From Octopus vulgaris (Eukaryota): a stretch of 64,000 nt of DNA. The stretch covers positions 83,266,001 to 83,330,000 of the forward strand of contig OX597822.1 of NCBI GenBank assembly GCA_951406725.2, given 5' to 3'. Shown one piece after another: positions 13,915-28,362 of this stretch. The notes under the pieces were generated by a model. The model was given only the letters and a program-made list of their open reading frames with translations, was not told the origin of the DNA and ran no database searches. A program made the translations under genes and the position numbers. The first letter of the stretch is position 1; the number at the start of each line of letters is the position of its first letter.

Positions 13915-14312
13915 TCTTTTCTACTCTAGGCACAAGGCCTGAAATTTTGGGGGAGGGGGCCAGTCGTTAGATCGACTCCAGTACGCAATTGGCACTTATT
14001 TTATCGACCCCGAAAGGATGAATGGCAAAGTTGACCTCGGTGGAATTTGAACTCAGAAAGTAGCACCAGACGAAATACCTATTTCTTTACTATCCACAAG
14101 GGGCTAAACACAGAAGGGACAAACAAGGACAGACAAACGGATTAAGTTGATATTATCGACCCCAGTGCGTAACTGGTACTTATTTAATCGACCCCGAAAG
14201 GATGAAAGGCAAAGTCGACCTCGGTGGAATTTGAACTCAGAATGTAGCGGCAGACGAAATACCGCTAAGCATTTCGCCCGGCGTGCTAACGATTCTACAA
14301 GCTCGCCATCTT
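13915..14312 (-). mobile_element. SINE family A, dimeric form
   Basis: Full head plus a second head-less unit joined at AAAGAAATAGGTATTTCGTC. Confidence 0.8.
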
Positions 14313-15092
14313 ACATCGCGGTTTATATTGTTATAAACACATTACATCGAGTAAAAGAAAAAAACGGGATGGTTGTGCCTGGAACGCCTCTGCTTATCGG
14401 TCTGCTCGGTTAAGGCTAAACAACTGGCTACAGTTGCAAACTCTTTCATCATGTCAACTCAATTTAGTTTGAAAATAGAAATAATACATTTCTAAATCTC
14501 GCAGGGGGATTTATGCAGTAGCAGTATGATAAAGTGATAGTATGTTGTCAACTTAATGTGACAGTCCCATGAAAGGGAAGAATGCTACTGTTATTTAGCC
14601 CTGTTGGACTTGACACATTTCCTGTGTCCTTTATGTTTTCAAAGTGGAGACAAGCACCTCCACCCAGCAATTAAGCAAGAATTTGTATAATTACCTTGAT
14701 ACTGGATAATAGGTAAAACCTACTTTAGAAATGGGTAGACACAGAACCCCCCCACACACACACACATACGCACACACAGTCACGCAGACACTGTCCCTCA
14801 CGCACATGTAGATACATCTACTGATCACATGATAGTGCTATAAACAGTATTTGCATGTGTGTGTATCACTTTAGCTGCTTCCAACCCAAATTCTAATCCC
14901 CCCCCCCCTTTGGACTCATTTGTACATCAGCAAATAGTTTTTATATTATTTGTATAAATACCTCCAGCTAACCGAGGGAGGTCGTTTCGGAGGTGGATGA
15001 ATGTGTGGGGCCGAGGCGCGAAAACGTCTGTCATTGGCACCTGTATTCTTAGCGAAGTGTAATAGATACTGATTCAGACTGAGAGAGAGAGA

Positions 15093-15154
<62 letters not shown>

Positions 15155-15206
15155 TAAAAAATAACGAATTCATTAACCTATTTTATTATTAATATTATTA
15201 TAAAAG

Positions 15207-15790
15207 AGGCGGCGAATTGGCAGAGTCGTTACCGCCCCGGGCGAAATGCTTAGCGGTATTTCGTCTGACGCTACGTTCTGAGTTCAAATTCTGCTGAGGT
15301 CGACTTTGCCTTTCATTCTTTCGGTGTCGATGAAATAAGTACCAGTTACACACTGGAGTCGATATAATCGACTTAATCTGTTTGTCTGTCATTGTTTGTC
15401 CTCTCCGTGCTTAGCCCCTTGTGAGTAGTAAAGAAATAGGTATTTCGTTCGTCTTCCTGTTCTGAGGTTGAAAGTTCGCTTTGTCTTTTTATTCTCTCGG
15501 GGTCCATAAAATAAGTACCGATTACATCGACTTATTCCCTCTCACGAAATAGTTGACTTTCTACTGGCAAGCTGGCAGAGTAGTTAGAGCCCCGCCGAAG
15601 CATTTTTGCTGCCTTTCATTCGTTTTTACGTTCTGAGTTCAAATTCCGCCGCAGTCGACATTGCTATTCGTATTCTCGTGATCGATAAAATAAGTATCAG
15701 TCGAACACTGGGGACGAAGTAATCAACTTATCCGCTCTATCGAACTTGCTGACTTGCGCCAAAATTTGCAAAACATTGTGGAAACATTTC
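15207..15790 (+). mobile_element. Cluster of SINE family A copies (dimer plus an older monomer)
   Basis: Three successive family A core blocks of increasing divergence. Confidence 0.75.
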
Positions 15791-16693
15791 TTCCTCAAAT
15801 AACTAAATTTTTCTTGAGATTTCTTTGTTAATCGATCTTCGGTTTTTTCGGTGGTGGTGGTGGATAATTAATGTACGGTTAGTTTTTTCTTTGTGCTTCA
15901 TAAACGCTCGACTTTTAGTGAGATATTTTCCTTCATGATTCAATTGAAATTATGAGCTATACACATGTCTCAGTATTAATGTTATTGCAAAATTATAATC
16001 TTGTGTAATATTTTTATTAAGACACTAGTTGAAGATGCTGTTTGCCAATTAATAAAGTTCTTTAGAATCATGCGACAATAGAAATGCATTGTTTTCGACT
16101 TTTCAAAACATTTTTCATGTGAGATCGGCTAAAATATCATCTGCTCCGATTCTTTTCTTTAACCATTAGGTCTATTTCAGATGAAAAGTTCTCAATTTAG
16201 TTGAAAAGTATTCATCAGTCAACGATAATATATTTATTCCGTATTCGCCAGACATATCGAAAAGAAGAATAAAACAATATTGTCGAGTTAAACATGGAAC
16301 TGAAGTGATCTTAATACGAATTAGAAAAACGATATTTGTTGCACATCATAGAGGAATGAATAAAATATAAACGGTTTATGTAGAGCTGAGAAGAATCTCA
16401 TAGAGAAAAGCATTAGTAATTCTGCAAATTATCTAAATATAATATCAAAATTTACGAATTGCTACATATTTGATAGGTAGTATAATGTAATCTCTGTATC
16501 TGTATATCATATATTCAAACCTCTGTCATTTTTCATATTTAACAATCAGCTTGTCATCGCCAACATCTATTCTGTACATCCTTTGTAACTCTTTCTATAT
16601 CCTCACAGATTCCACTTCTCATATATGCTAGTTGTGTACCGTTGGCAATTTTTTTCCTCCGTCTTCACTTCTCTGGATCTTTCCTTTTCCTAT

Positions 16694-16728
16694 GTTTCTG
16701 ACGAAGAGCTCCGCTCGAAACGTGAAAC
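16694..16728 (+). ncRNA. Minimal type I hammerhead ribozyme motif with a non-cleavable GUG triplet
   Basis: GTTT-CTGACGA-A-GAGC-TCC-GCTC-GAAA-CG-TG-AAAC: perfect 4-bp stems I and II and a short palindromic stem III. Confidence 0.6.
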
Positions 16729-16827
16729 CCCCCTTCTTCCCTTCCTTCCTGAGCGTCCAATAATACTATATTTGTTCCACGTCCTCGCGTTGTTATGTTT
16801 TCTCTTTGTGTTTTCATGTTTGGATTA

Positions 16828-16888
<61 letters not shown>

Positions 16889-17109
16889 TGCTACGGGCTA
16901 CATGCACCATGCTACAAATTCGAGTCAAAATTGAAAACAGTCTTTAGAGACACTACATCTGTAAACTATCTATATTATTCGATGCAATTGGCCACTGAGA
17001 TATTTTTAAGTTACCTTATTTTGTCCTGTGAGAGTGTGGGTTCAAAGTCAGCTAGAGTCATATCTGCTATTTCTGATATGAAATTTAGGATGTATAATAC
17101 TGTGAACTT

Positions 17110-17164
<55 letters not shown>

Positions 17165-17232
17165 TATATATAGTTACAAAAAGAAAATATAAAATACACG
17201 TGGAAATGTAAGGGTAAAATATGAAAAATCAA

Positions 17233-17285
<53 letters not shown>

Positions 17286-17468
17286 TATGTATGTATATAC
17301 AAAAGATGATTAGTTACAGTGATTTCGAAGTTTCGGTTTGCAAGTCTTTGTCGGATGATGTTTCGGCCTCACTTTCACTACACTTAAGTGGGTAGCGAAT
17401 TACTATCTGTAAACTAAGATATCCACAAGCTTTCAGTAGTTCTTGAAGGACAAAAAAAAAACCTTACT

Positions 17469-17499
<31 letters not shown>

Positions 17500-17505
17500 G
17501 ATTAT

Positions 17506-18112
17506 TCAGTAGTCTTATTTTTATCACGTGCATTCACTGCACTACCGAGTGCAACACTTTGTGCCTTGGGTATGTGCTGTGGTTTGTTGTGATGCTCTTA
17601 TTTTTACTGTATTGGAATTGTTTTACGTACGATGTGTGCAGTGCCTAGTAGTGCTATTTTCTGTATGTTATATATACTTGTTAGTCCTGGTGTTTTTGTT
17701 ATGTATTTGTCTGAATGTTTTTTCTTTTTATCAAACCTAGTGTGCCTACTATAATAAGAACAGTTTCTGCTTTTAGGCGCCACATTCGATTTACCTCTAT
17801 TTCCAGATCTTTGTATTTTGAAAGTTTCTCCGTTTCTTTTACAGAAATGTTGTCATCTTTTGGTATTGATACATCGATTAGAAAGCATTTTTTTCTTGAT
17901 CTCGGACAACTATATCCAGCTATGGGCCTTAATTTCTTTATTTGTGTGTATTGGCATATATCCCAGAGTATAGTTGCTTTCTCATTTTCTGTGACCCTTT
18001 CTGGCGTGTGTCTTTACTATCTTTTTTCTGTTATTCCATAGTGTTGGCATAGATTCCAGTGTATATTAGTCCCAACTCTGTAATGTCTGTGAATATAGTC
18101 CTTCTTAGCCAT
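17506..18112 (-). mobile_element. R4/Dong-clade non-LTR retrotransposon 3' fragment (restriction-like endonuclease region)
   Basis: Minus strand reads KDYIHRHYRVGTNIHWNLCQHYG..TILWD..CFLIDVSIPKDDNISVKETEKLSKYKDLEIEVNRMW..IIVGTLG..IQKIALLGTAHIVRKT, then 3'UTR and a (TAA)n run. Confidence 0.85.
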
Positions 18113-18155
<43 letters not shown>

Positions 18156-18838
18156 GAATGAGGGAGTAATGCATACGATCAAAGTGAAACGAGGTCACAA
18201 ATTTACGAAGCCCAATATACACGTTATGACAACTCGTGAGGCACATGCATCACAACCATATGTGCACGACATGGTGTCTCATATCAAGATAAACAGCGCA
18301 TGATCTTGCAAATGGGGCTCAGTTAGCCATTCCTGCTCAAATGGTCTCTGAATAAGGTTTATTAAACGATGATGAACGAAGCACCCTTGTTTCCAAAGTG
18401 AATTATTCAAACCCCAAAGTATTCCTTTCAACACATGGCTATGATGCTCCCCCACTACTCCTGCTCTTCGTCAGAGATGTACATATCGTCAACTACTAGC
18501 TAAGTTGTAGCAACGGACAAACAAATATTGAGCAGAATATTTGTTGTAGCCTTATCTAACAAGACAAATATTATTATTGTTAAAATTGTTAAAATTGTTG
18601 TTGTTTGTTATAAGTTATAACGCTTTTCAGCATAGAACCGAATACGTCCTTGTGTACTTCGTGTATGTCAGTGTTTATTGTTGTTTTTTGTAATTCTTTT
18701 TTTTTTTTTTGCATTTCCCCGTTATGACTGCATTGGCTTCTAAGACCAGCCGGAGGAAGTCATTCGTAGACTTTCAGAATACTTTCAACAAACCGGAACA
18801 GGCTTAAAAGATATCCAAAGACCGGACGGTAATATTAA

Positions 18839-19073
18839 AGGCGGCGAGCTGCCAGAAACGTTAGCACGCCGGGCGAAAATGCGTAGCCGTATTTCGTCTG
18901 TCGTTACGTTCTGAGTTCAAATTCCGCCGAGGTCGACTTTGCCTTTCATCCTTTCGGGGTCGATTAAATAAGTACCAGTTACGCACTGGGGTCGATGTAA
19001 TCGACTTAATCCGTTTGTCTGTCCTTGTTTGTTCCCTCTGTGTTTAGCCCCATGTGGGTAGTAAAGAAATAGG
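18839..19073 (+). mobile_element. SINE family A, well-preserved monomer
   Basis: Near identity with the copies at 40869 and 52455-52851. Confidence 0.85.
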
Positions 19074-19586
19074 TGGTGTTAAAACTAGCAACGGATTTTG
19101 AAGCGCCACAATCCATTCCCACAAGCTTCAGATGTTTTTCTGTCTAAGAAATTTCTTTCGCAAAATTGAGTTAAAAGCCATTTACTCAGTATTCTGCGCT
19201 AGCGATCCAACTTCCAAACTACTTTGTTTCAAAGCAAGCTTCTTAACCACAAAGGAATGTCAACGCCGATCAGAACAATTCTTAATAATATATGTACAGA
19301 TGTAATAATGATATAACAGCGATCAGAATACAATAGGCTTCGATGTTAGGAAAATGTTTTAATCGATGTAAACTAATATTCTACACGATGAAATATAAAT
19401 TGGTTAAGTGCTCTCATTTTCTAGTAGTGTTCAAAGATCATGGAATTCTGTGACATCTTAATTTTAATGAGAGCATTTTCGAAAGTGGAATATAAGATTA
19501 CACTTATAACAGAACGAGGACCAGACATAAATAAATATTTATATATTGCAAGGAGCATGTTGCGTATATGTTCACAAATATATGAT

Positions 19587-19589
<3 letters not shown>

Positions 19590-19643
<54 letters not shown>

Positions 19644-19893
19644 GTCATCATCATCATCATCATCATCATCGTCGTCGTCATCATCATCATCATCATCATC
19701 ATCGTCGTCGTCGTCGTCGTCATCATCATCATCATCATCATCGTCATCATCTTCATCATAATCATCATCATTATCATCATCGTCGTTATCATCATCATCA
19801 TCTTTATTATCAACATCATCATCATCACCTTTTATCGTCTGTTGTCCATGCTGCTGATGACGATGATGATGATGATGGTGATGATGACGATGA
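19590..19893. repeat. (CAT)n/(CGT)n tract followed by an oppositely oriented (GAT)n tract
   Basis: Directly visible; source of the poly-Met/Asp/Ser ORFs. Confidence 0.95.
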
Positions 19894-20850
19894 TTGAAAC
19901 ATCTATCTGTAAACTCATACACTACATGCTTCGCACAATATGTTATTTATATATTTAGACAAAATTTCTTTGAAACTTTTGATATTTTTTCGGAAGTTCC
20001 TTCTATTTCTATAAATATCTTACCATATGAATATTTGGAAGTGTTTCTCTTCTCTCGCACCTTTGTGTCAAAGGTTTTTTTCGCAGTTAGAAAGGTATTT
20101 TTCAAAAAGCCAAAAATTATTAGAAAACCATCTCATCTTGTGCACCATTTGACTTCATTTTATTTTATACAATTTACTAACTTATTAATTATCTTCATTT
20201 TTCTTTTTACATTACAAAATTTCCCTCCTGCAGTACATAAACTCGAATATATTCACTTGTCCCTTTTCCCTCCTGCTTTTCATATATCCATTCACAGGTA
20301 AGTGATGCTCCAAGAGATTTCGTAGAAAAGTGTCAGTAAATGATTTTTTCTCTCCACTTAATTGGAAAACGGAATCGAATCTGCCTGCAGAACGTTGCAC
20401 ACTTTTGCGATGCATTCAATTATATTTTATTTTATATTATTTAAGGAACGATTAACAGGTTTCCTCATTCTGTCAATAGTTATAACCCTCTCCATCTATT
20501 CCTTTTTCGTTTCTTATCTTTTATGATATTACTATGGCGCTCACGTTTTAATTTCACCCATCTCCCATAATACAACACTCTTCAAACTAAAAGTCCTTTA
20601 CTTCTGTCCCACCACAACGTTTCCCCGCTCTGCATCCAGTTATTTACAGAATCACAATCGTTACACTTTCTTCCTTACTTTCAGACCCCTTTATGAAATA
20701 TGTCCCGCTTTCTATACAAAGCCATTTCTATCCAGTGTGTTCGTAGGTCGCCGAATGCTCTACTTCTTCAGTGTTCCTATTCTTTATTCTTTTCGTTTTC
20801 TTTTACAAGTGTTATATGTATTGAGATTGTATCCTATTCGAGATTATATC

Positions 20851-20937
<87 letters not shown>

Positions 20938-21114
20938 CCTACCTATCTGCTGTCTGTCTGTCTATATATGTATATAGATACACACATACGTATATAGACA
21001 CATACTTACATATATGCATACATATATACATATATAAGTATATATATGCATGTGTGTATATGTATATGTATATATATATATGAATGAAATATCTATCTGT
21101 CTGTCTATCCATCC

Positions 21115-21200
<86 letters not shown>

Positions 21201-21496
21201 ATATATATATATATACATACATATGAAGGAACTGAACGCATATCCAGCGTAAACACTATATTTCTCTAATGATGGGGTCATTCTATGGAAATGAAACTAA
21301 AAATTCATACGTAATCTGAACGAATGTACTCCTGAAACGATCGTTGGAACACCTCATTTTCCTCTAACATGTTACCCCAAACTCTTTTTAATGCATATTA
21401 CTTTCTCTATATTATATTTTGAATTTTTAAAATGTCTTTTTCTGTATTCCATTGTTATTTTTTTTATCTATATTCCATTATTAATATGTTTATGTG

Positions 21497-21790
21497 GAAG
21501 CGCAAAGGGCAGTAGATTCGCGGTCGTAAGATCGCGGTTTCGATTCCCAGACCGGGCGTTGTGTGTGTTTATTGAGCAAAAACACCTAAAGCACCACGAG
21601 GCTCTGGCAGGGGGTGGTGAAGACCCCTGCTGTACTTTTGCCCCACAACTTTCTCTCACTCTTTCTTCCTGTTTCTCTTATACATGTATTTCAAGCCAAT
21701 CTTGTCACACTCTGTGTCACGCTGAATCTCCACGAGAACTACGTTAAGGGTAGACGTGTCTGTGGAGTACTCAGCCACTTGCACTTATAT
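21497..21790 (+). mobile_element. tRNA-derived SINE family C
   Basis: CGCGGTCGTAAGATCGCGGTTTCGATTCCC head; co-linear with the minus-strand copy at 59095-59480. Confidence 0.75.
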
Positions 21791-22293
21791 GTATGTGTTA
21801 ATCGTAGTCTGCCTGATTTGAACCTTTTCTATTGTATCTATTATACTTGTCTAGTGCCTCGGGTTCGACTTGAAAACTTCAACGCTATGTATTTCGGAAG
21901 AAAATTATACATACATACATACATACATGGTGACTGCCTCCTCATTATCGAGTATAGCCATTGCACGAAGCTTCATCAATGTTGTTATCGTGCAATGGCT
22001 GTGCATGAAGATTTTTTTTGAAGCTAGGAAAGGCTGTGTACTGAGTCAACATCATCGGTAACCACAGAGCCGCAGGTTTTATATCGGAGTTATCCCAGTT
22101 ACCTGAGTTGCCTTCTCCTAGAAGGATGCCCTAACAAAGGCTAGGAGTCCTTCACTCCCAATGGTTTAACTGCGCGATCGGGTATTCAGTCCGATTATTT
22201 GTATGTCCCCGCGCATGATACAGCCTTAAGACATACGTACGTACATACATAAATACATACATATATACATACATACATACATACATACATACA

Positions 22294-22329
<36 letters not shown>

Positions 22330-22331
22330 TG

Positions 22332-22554
22332 GTGAAAATATGTGGAAAACATAAAAAAAGGGGAAGAGAAATGCCTTCATTTCACATAGTTTTAATAACT
22401 TTTTATTAAAAATATATCTACATATTTTATGGATGAAACGATTCTTTTCATATGTAGTAATATCCAACCGGTTTTCGCTATTTAAATTATTAAAACTATG
22501 TGGAGGAATGAAGGCATTTCTCGTCCCTTTTTTATGTTTCCCACATAGTTTCAC
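22332..22554. repeat. Inverted repeat, ~65-bp arms (MITE-like)
   Basis: GTGAAAATATGTGGAAAACATAAAAAA..GAGAAATGCCTTCATT..CACATAGTTTTAATAA is mirrored at 22487-22554. Confidence 0.85.
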
Positions 22555-22606
22555 TTCATAATTTTGCCACGTGGTGTATACTGATTCTCCAGCATTTTTG
22601 CTCCTG

Positions 22607-22653
<47 letters not shown>

Positions 22654-22764
22654 CAGCAAAACAATTAAGATTCAAATGAATTCAAATGAATTCAAATGAA
22701 CATGGTACTTAACTTAGATGCACCAGAATTCTTTATGGTATTAACCATAAAAATATATAGGGTG

Positions 22765-22871
<107 letters not shown>

Positions 22872-23117
22872 GATATATAGATATATATAGATATATAGAT
22901 ATATATATTTATGTATATAAAATTAAATAAGGGTAGAAATTGATATTAATCAATTAAAACCAGTGGCCTAGCATATTTTAAAAAAATCCGAAGATAAAAA
23001 ATATTTTTACATACAAAATTTAGAGGACTGACCCCTAAAAAAATGGACAGCTATCTAACATATAGGCTGTCCATTTTTTTCAGTGTTCATTTTTTTAGTG
23101 GTCAGTACTCTAAATTT

Positions 23118-23149
<32 letters not shown>

Positions 23150-24186
23150 TGTATGTATGTATGTATGTATGTATGTGTCTATGCATGTGTGTGTATTCAT
23201 GTATGTATGTATGCCGATTTGACAATGGGATTTGTTATGTGATACTTTAGTTCTTTGTATATGATTTACATGCAAGATTAAGATATTGATCAGCATATTC
23301 ACATTTCGAAGTAAATTACTATTGGCGTTATCGCTGTTACTTTGATTTGGAGATTGTGGTTAACACGTAGTTTATAGTAATATTGAATTCTTTCGAAAAA
23401 AGCTCACGTTTCGATAGAAGACAACCGCCCCACCAAAAAAAATTGTACATATTCATTTATTGATTCTGTACCAATCATTTGTCTTCGTTACCCTGGTATC
23501 AAGGAGTGTTCGATACTGCTTTCAAACTGCCAAAAGAGAATAGGGTACATCTACTTATAAACATTCTGTATTATGAATAAATATATATCCTGAATAGAAA
23601 CCATACATCCAACGAAATTATACTTAGTCTTATGCGTTAATTATTATTCTTCACCTATTTTAACATAATTTTACTGTTCTTTACTACTGTAGGGATTTTG
23701 AGCAATTTCTTATACGAGAAAGTCTCTTAGTAGTCTTTCTGTTTAGTATGTTTATTTACAGCTTCAGATGTTATACAGACATTTAAATTTTAATATCTTT
23801 GGCTGTAGATGGTATACTTCATTTTGCAGTATAACAAAATATGAGTGCAGCTGCGTCTAGCTCTTTGTTTGCCATTGCTGTGAAGGGGAACAGAACCCTA
23901 ACCACTTCTTTTATCAATTATTTGTTTCAGTTACTTGGGGAGGGGACTAGTCGATGACATTGACCCCAGTGTTTCACTGGTACTTTATTTATCGATCTGA
24001 AAGGATAAAAGGCAAAGTCTACCTCGGCGGAATTTGAACTCAGAAGATAAAGAAAGACGAAATGCCGCTAAGCATTTCGCCCGGCATGCTAATGATTCTG
24101 CCAGCTCAACGTATGTATGTATGTATGTATGTATGTATGTATACACACACACACACACAGACACACACACACACACATACACACAT

Positions 24187-24252
<66 letters not shown>

Positions 24253-26082
24253 GACGGGATTCTTTCAGTTTCCATCTATGAAATCCACTCACAAGTCTAT
24301 AGTAGAGGACATTTGTACAAGGTAGCACGCGGTGGGACTGAACTCAGAACCATGTGGTTGGGAATCAAACTTCTTACCACAGACCCATGTCTGCGCCTGT
24401 TGCTTTCTGTTGTGGCGGTAACGGTAGGTTTTTAGTGCCTTTTATATTAATACTTAATGTCTACGGAAACTAGTACAAATGCACTAACATTTGCATGCAC
24501 TTGTACAGACGCAGACAAATACGCACACACATATATACTCATATACGCTGCACACACTAGCATATACACGCACAGAGGCACGTTTACTCTATCTTTCTGT
24601 CTGTTATATGTCTTTCTGTCTAATGTAATAATGGAAATTAATGTAGGATTAAACATATTAAACAAAGACGTATTCTCCCATGACTTCTTCAATTACTTTA
24701 ATTTAAAACTGTGACAAGAGAAGTCGTTGTGCTTTCATCGATTTTAAATTTTTAATATTAATTCAATTAATGGCGATTTTTAGCAGTTTGACACGCTGGT
24801 CATTATTCTGTTTTCCAGAAATATAATTCTACTTAAAATATTTACTTTATTCAATAAAAAGGATCTATTAGTGAATATTTAAGAAGAATTAGAATATATG
24901 AAAAAATATAAACACCACGCAGCAAGTCATTGCTTACAATTAATCTGAATGCGTTCATTTCTTTCGATATGTTTGTCATCTCTCTTGCTCAGTGGGTCCC
25001 GACAGGGCTCCATATAAGATTTTGTTGTAAAAAATTTATCTGCTATATATTAGTTATACTTCTACAATACACAAAATATTACAGTATTTTTTTTCTTATG
25101 CAGTTACTAATAATATTTAAGTATAAAAATATAATACAATTTTTCAAAATATTGAATGATTACGAGGGTCCAGCCGTGTAAGATTAGAACCTAAGGAGTC
25201 CGCAGTCATAAAATGGTTGCGAAAGACTGTTTTGAATAATAACTGTAGGTAATGAATTCGTATAGGGTCTCAGTGGCTTAATTCGTAACATAGACGTAAA
25301 GAATGTGATAAGTCGAGCTTTGAATCTTGCATGTTGGTTTTTCTCTTTTCCGCGAGGCTGTAAAAAGGCCTCTGCGAAGTGAAACGATCTACAGCAACAA
25401 GCTGTTCACTCTCGCAAATCCCATACTAACCTATGATCTTAGATAATAAAAATCTCCATAAAACTGCACATCATTTCAATATAGGTCTTTCTCGCTTTTC
25501 GACTACTGACAGTGTCCATATTGTTTCCACATGATCAAAATAACTTCTGTCTAATTTATTACAGAAAGTCAGATGACTGGATATCATCTAATTAATTTCT
25601 TCTATGACGTAATTTTCATGACGTGACTACTTGTAAAAATAGTAATTTTGTATCATTAAATATTCAAAAACACAGGCAGACATAGATACACAATCAAATT
25701 CACACACACATAAGCATTAGAACTGACACACATATAGTATGTGCATAGAGTTAAAATACCATTAACCATCAACCGATGGTTGGGTATACGTAATTCAATG
25801 ATGACATGTCCTATGCTCTGAAAATGGGACTTTTAAAATACGAAATATGTCTCTAAATTTATAGTAAACTACACAAAATAGTTGTTAAAACGAAAGTTTT
25901 GCTTTAATGGTGGCAGAGGACATCATCCATAATACTTTGTATAGGATTCAACCTTTATGTTGATCACCGACTGGGTTGGCACACATACACAACACATATG
26001 CATACATGAACGTGAAAACCTATGATATATGGCTCTGTATATGTATGTATGTGTGTGTGTATGTAGGTATAGTTATATATAT

Positions 26083-26117
<35 letters not shown>

Positions 26118-26627
26118 GGGAGGAAATGGGAGAGGTAGAGTAGGGATGAGAACAGAATAGAGGAGAGAAACGTATGAGAAAGGCGGAAGATGAGAAAAAG
26201 GGTCAGTTAAGCAAGCAAGTGGACAAATAAATACATAGACAGGATTTCATTTGTTTGTTATGTAAATACGCATTAATCCATTTAGTTGATCCTCCCGTAA
26301 ATATGTAAGGTGATAAAACCCTAGTACTTTTACCGGACCGCTAGATTACGGGAACGTAAACACACCAACGTCGGTTGTCAAGCGATATTGGTGGTGGTGG
26401 TGTTGGTGGTGGGTCAAATACAGACACGCAAACATACATATATACTTGCTTATATACAGCGGGCTTCTTTCAGTTTCCGCCTACCAAATGCACTCACAAG
26501 ACTTTGGTTGGCCCGAGGCTATAGTAGAAGACACTTGCCCAAAGTGCCACGCAATTGGACTGATCACGGAACCATGTGGCTGGTAAGCAAACTATTTACC
26601 ACACAGCCACGCCTGCGCCTAAGTATG

Positions 26628-26662
<35 letters not shown>

Positions 26663-27123
26663 AAAGAAATAAAACATATGCATATATATAAACATATATG
26701 TACGTACCTACCTCTACATGTACATATACACGCATATATGAGTACAGGACACCAAAGAGACGTCGAACACAAAGAGAAACGAAAACATAGACACAAACCA
26801 AAGGAACAGGACATTTTTTTAAAAACAACAAAAAATGGAGTACAGGACAGTTAACACAACGAAAAAACCCCTTCTTCAGTCGCTAAGGTTTCATCTACTC
26901 TACATTTCGAAGGATAAAAGCGAGACGTATCTTCGACAAGAAACTTTCCTTCCTGCGAAAAGCAAATCAATTAAAATTCTGAGATCTTTTCGCAGAGGGG
27001 TAAAAAATGGTAAAAAAATGGTAAAAAAACAGGACAGTAACGACAGTACAAAAATATAAACAGTAAAAAAACACACAGTAAAAAAATATATATATACACA
27101 GTAAAAAAAAATATATATGACAG

Positions 27124-27169
<46 letters not shown>

Positions 27170-27659
27170 TAAAAATAAAGTAACTGAATCTGCTAATTGA
27201 ATTAATCAATGGTTAATTATTCCACAAATGCGTGAATTCAGTTAGTCCGTGACAAAGCTGCAGCACTTTTCACTTCCGCGTACGATTCATCCGGCATGTT
27301 GCTACAAATTGTGCGTCTGCTACTCACTCTTACACACACGCCGTGCAACAAATGCCAGGTACTTGACCCAGATGCCATACAATGTGACCGAACTTGCAAT
27401 ATCATGAATATGAAGAAAGCTTCCTAACAATTCCCCTACGCTGTGTCCACACCTACAGACTCATACGCTCGTACACAAACAAACACACACACATGCACTC
27501 ACACACATATAAACTATGTAACTGAATACGCTGGAAATATCATGTGTATGAACAGATAATTAAATATCAGTATATAACATCATTTGTGCTAAACAAACAT
27601 TACTACCATTGAGTATAGTTTTACCGAGTCTTAAATACATGCATATATATATATATATC

Positions 27660-27902
27660 GGTGTCACGTAAAAAGCACCATCCGAGCGTGGCCGAGCGTG
27701 GCCTCGTCTGGCACCTGTGTCGGTGGCACATAAAAAGCACCCACTACACTCACGGAGTGGTTGGCGTTAGGAAGGGCATCCAGCTGTAGAAACACTGCCA
27801 GATCTGACTGGCCTGGTGCAGCCTTCGGGCTTCCCAGACCCCAGTTGAATCGTCCAACCCATGCTAGCATGGAAGGCGGACGTTAAACGATTATGATGAT
27901 GA

Positions 27903-27906
<4 letters not shown>
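27660..27906 (+). mobile_element. 3' tail of an RTE-related retroposon ending in (GAT)n
   Basis: TGGTTGGCGTTAGGAAGGGCATCCAGCTGTAGAAAC ... CGGACGTTAAACGA(TGA)n, a tail form I associate with RTE LINEs and their partner SINEs. Confidence 0.6.
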
Positions 27907-27945
<39 letters not shown>

Positions 27946-28126
27946 TATATGTAACATAAAAGAATAAGGATCTGGAATCCGAGCAGCAAAGTTACTAGTA
28001 TTGAGCTGGATGTTCCCTACCATTGAATGATTGGAGCATACGGAATTGTTTAACACTTACATGGTACTTCTTTCAATAGGTAAATCCCGAGTTCGCTTCA
28101 TCGGATTCCCTTCAGCATACAAAGTA

Positions 28127-28362
28127 CAGTGTGTTCAAAAAGTCTCTCCGCAGTGATTTCTTTTCTCCAAGATGTATTTCAAAACATGTGTAGAAGAGTC
28201 AACTGATGTATTAAAAATTAAGGACGACACTTTCAACACCGCTTATAAAGTTTTTTTTAAATCTCGTAAAGTCTAATATATTCTTTTGTAGTCTTATACC
28301 ATCTTATAAATATTTATTTTGCAATAAAATACTTACTGCCGAGAAACGTTTTGAACACCCGG
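28127..28362. mobile_element. Tc1/mariner-type MITE (236 bp)
   Basis: Imperfect terminal inverted repeats CAGTGTGTTCAAAAAGTCTCTCCGCAGT and ACTGCCGAGAAACGTTTTGAACACCCGG, flanked on both sides by TA. Confidence 0.75.

Noticed and set aside
19421-19958. Poly-Asp, poly-Met, poly-Ser and poly-Ile ORFs
   Set aside because: All frames are open because the DNA is a (CAT)n repeat; there is no splice or homology evidence.
26865-26945. CTGAAGA on the minus strand suggesting another hammerhead
   Set aside because: No closing stem II or correctly placed GAAA box.
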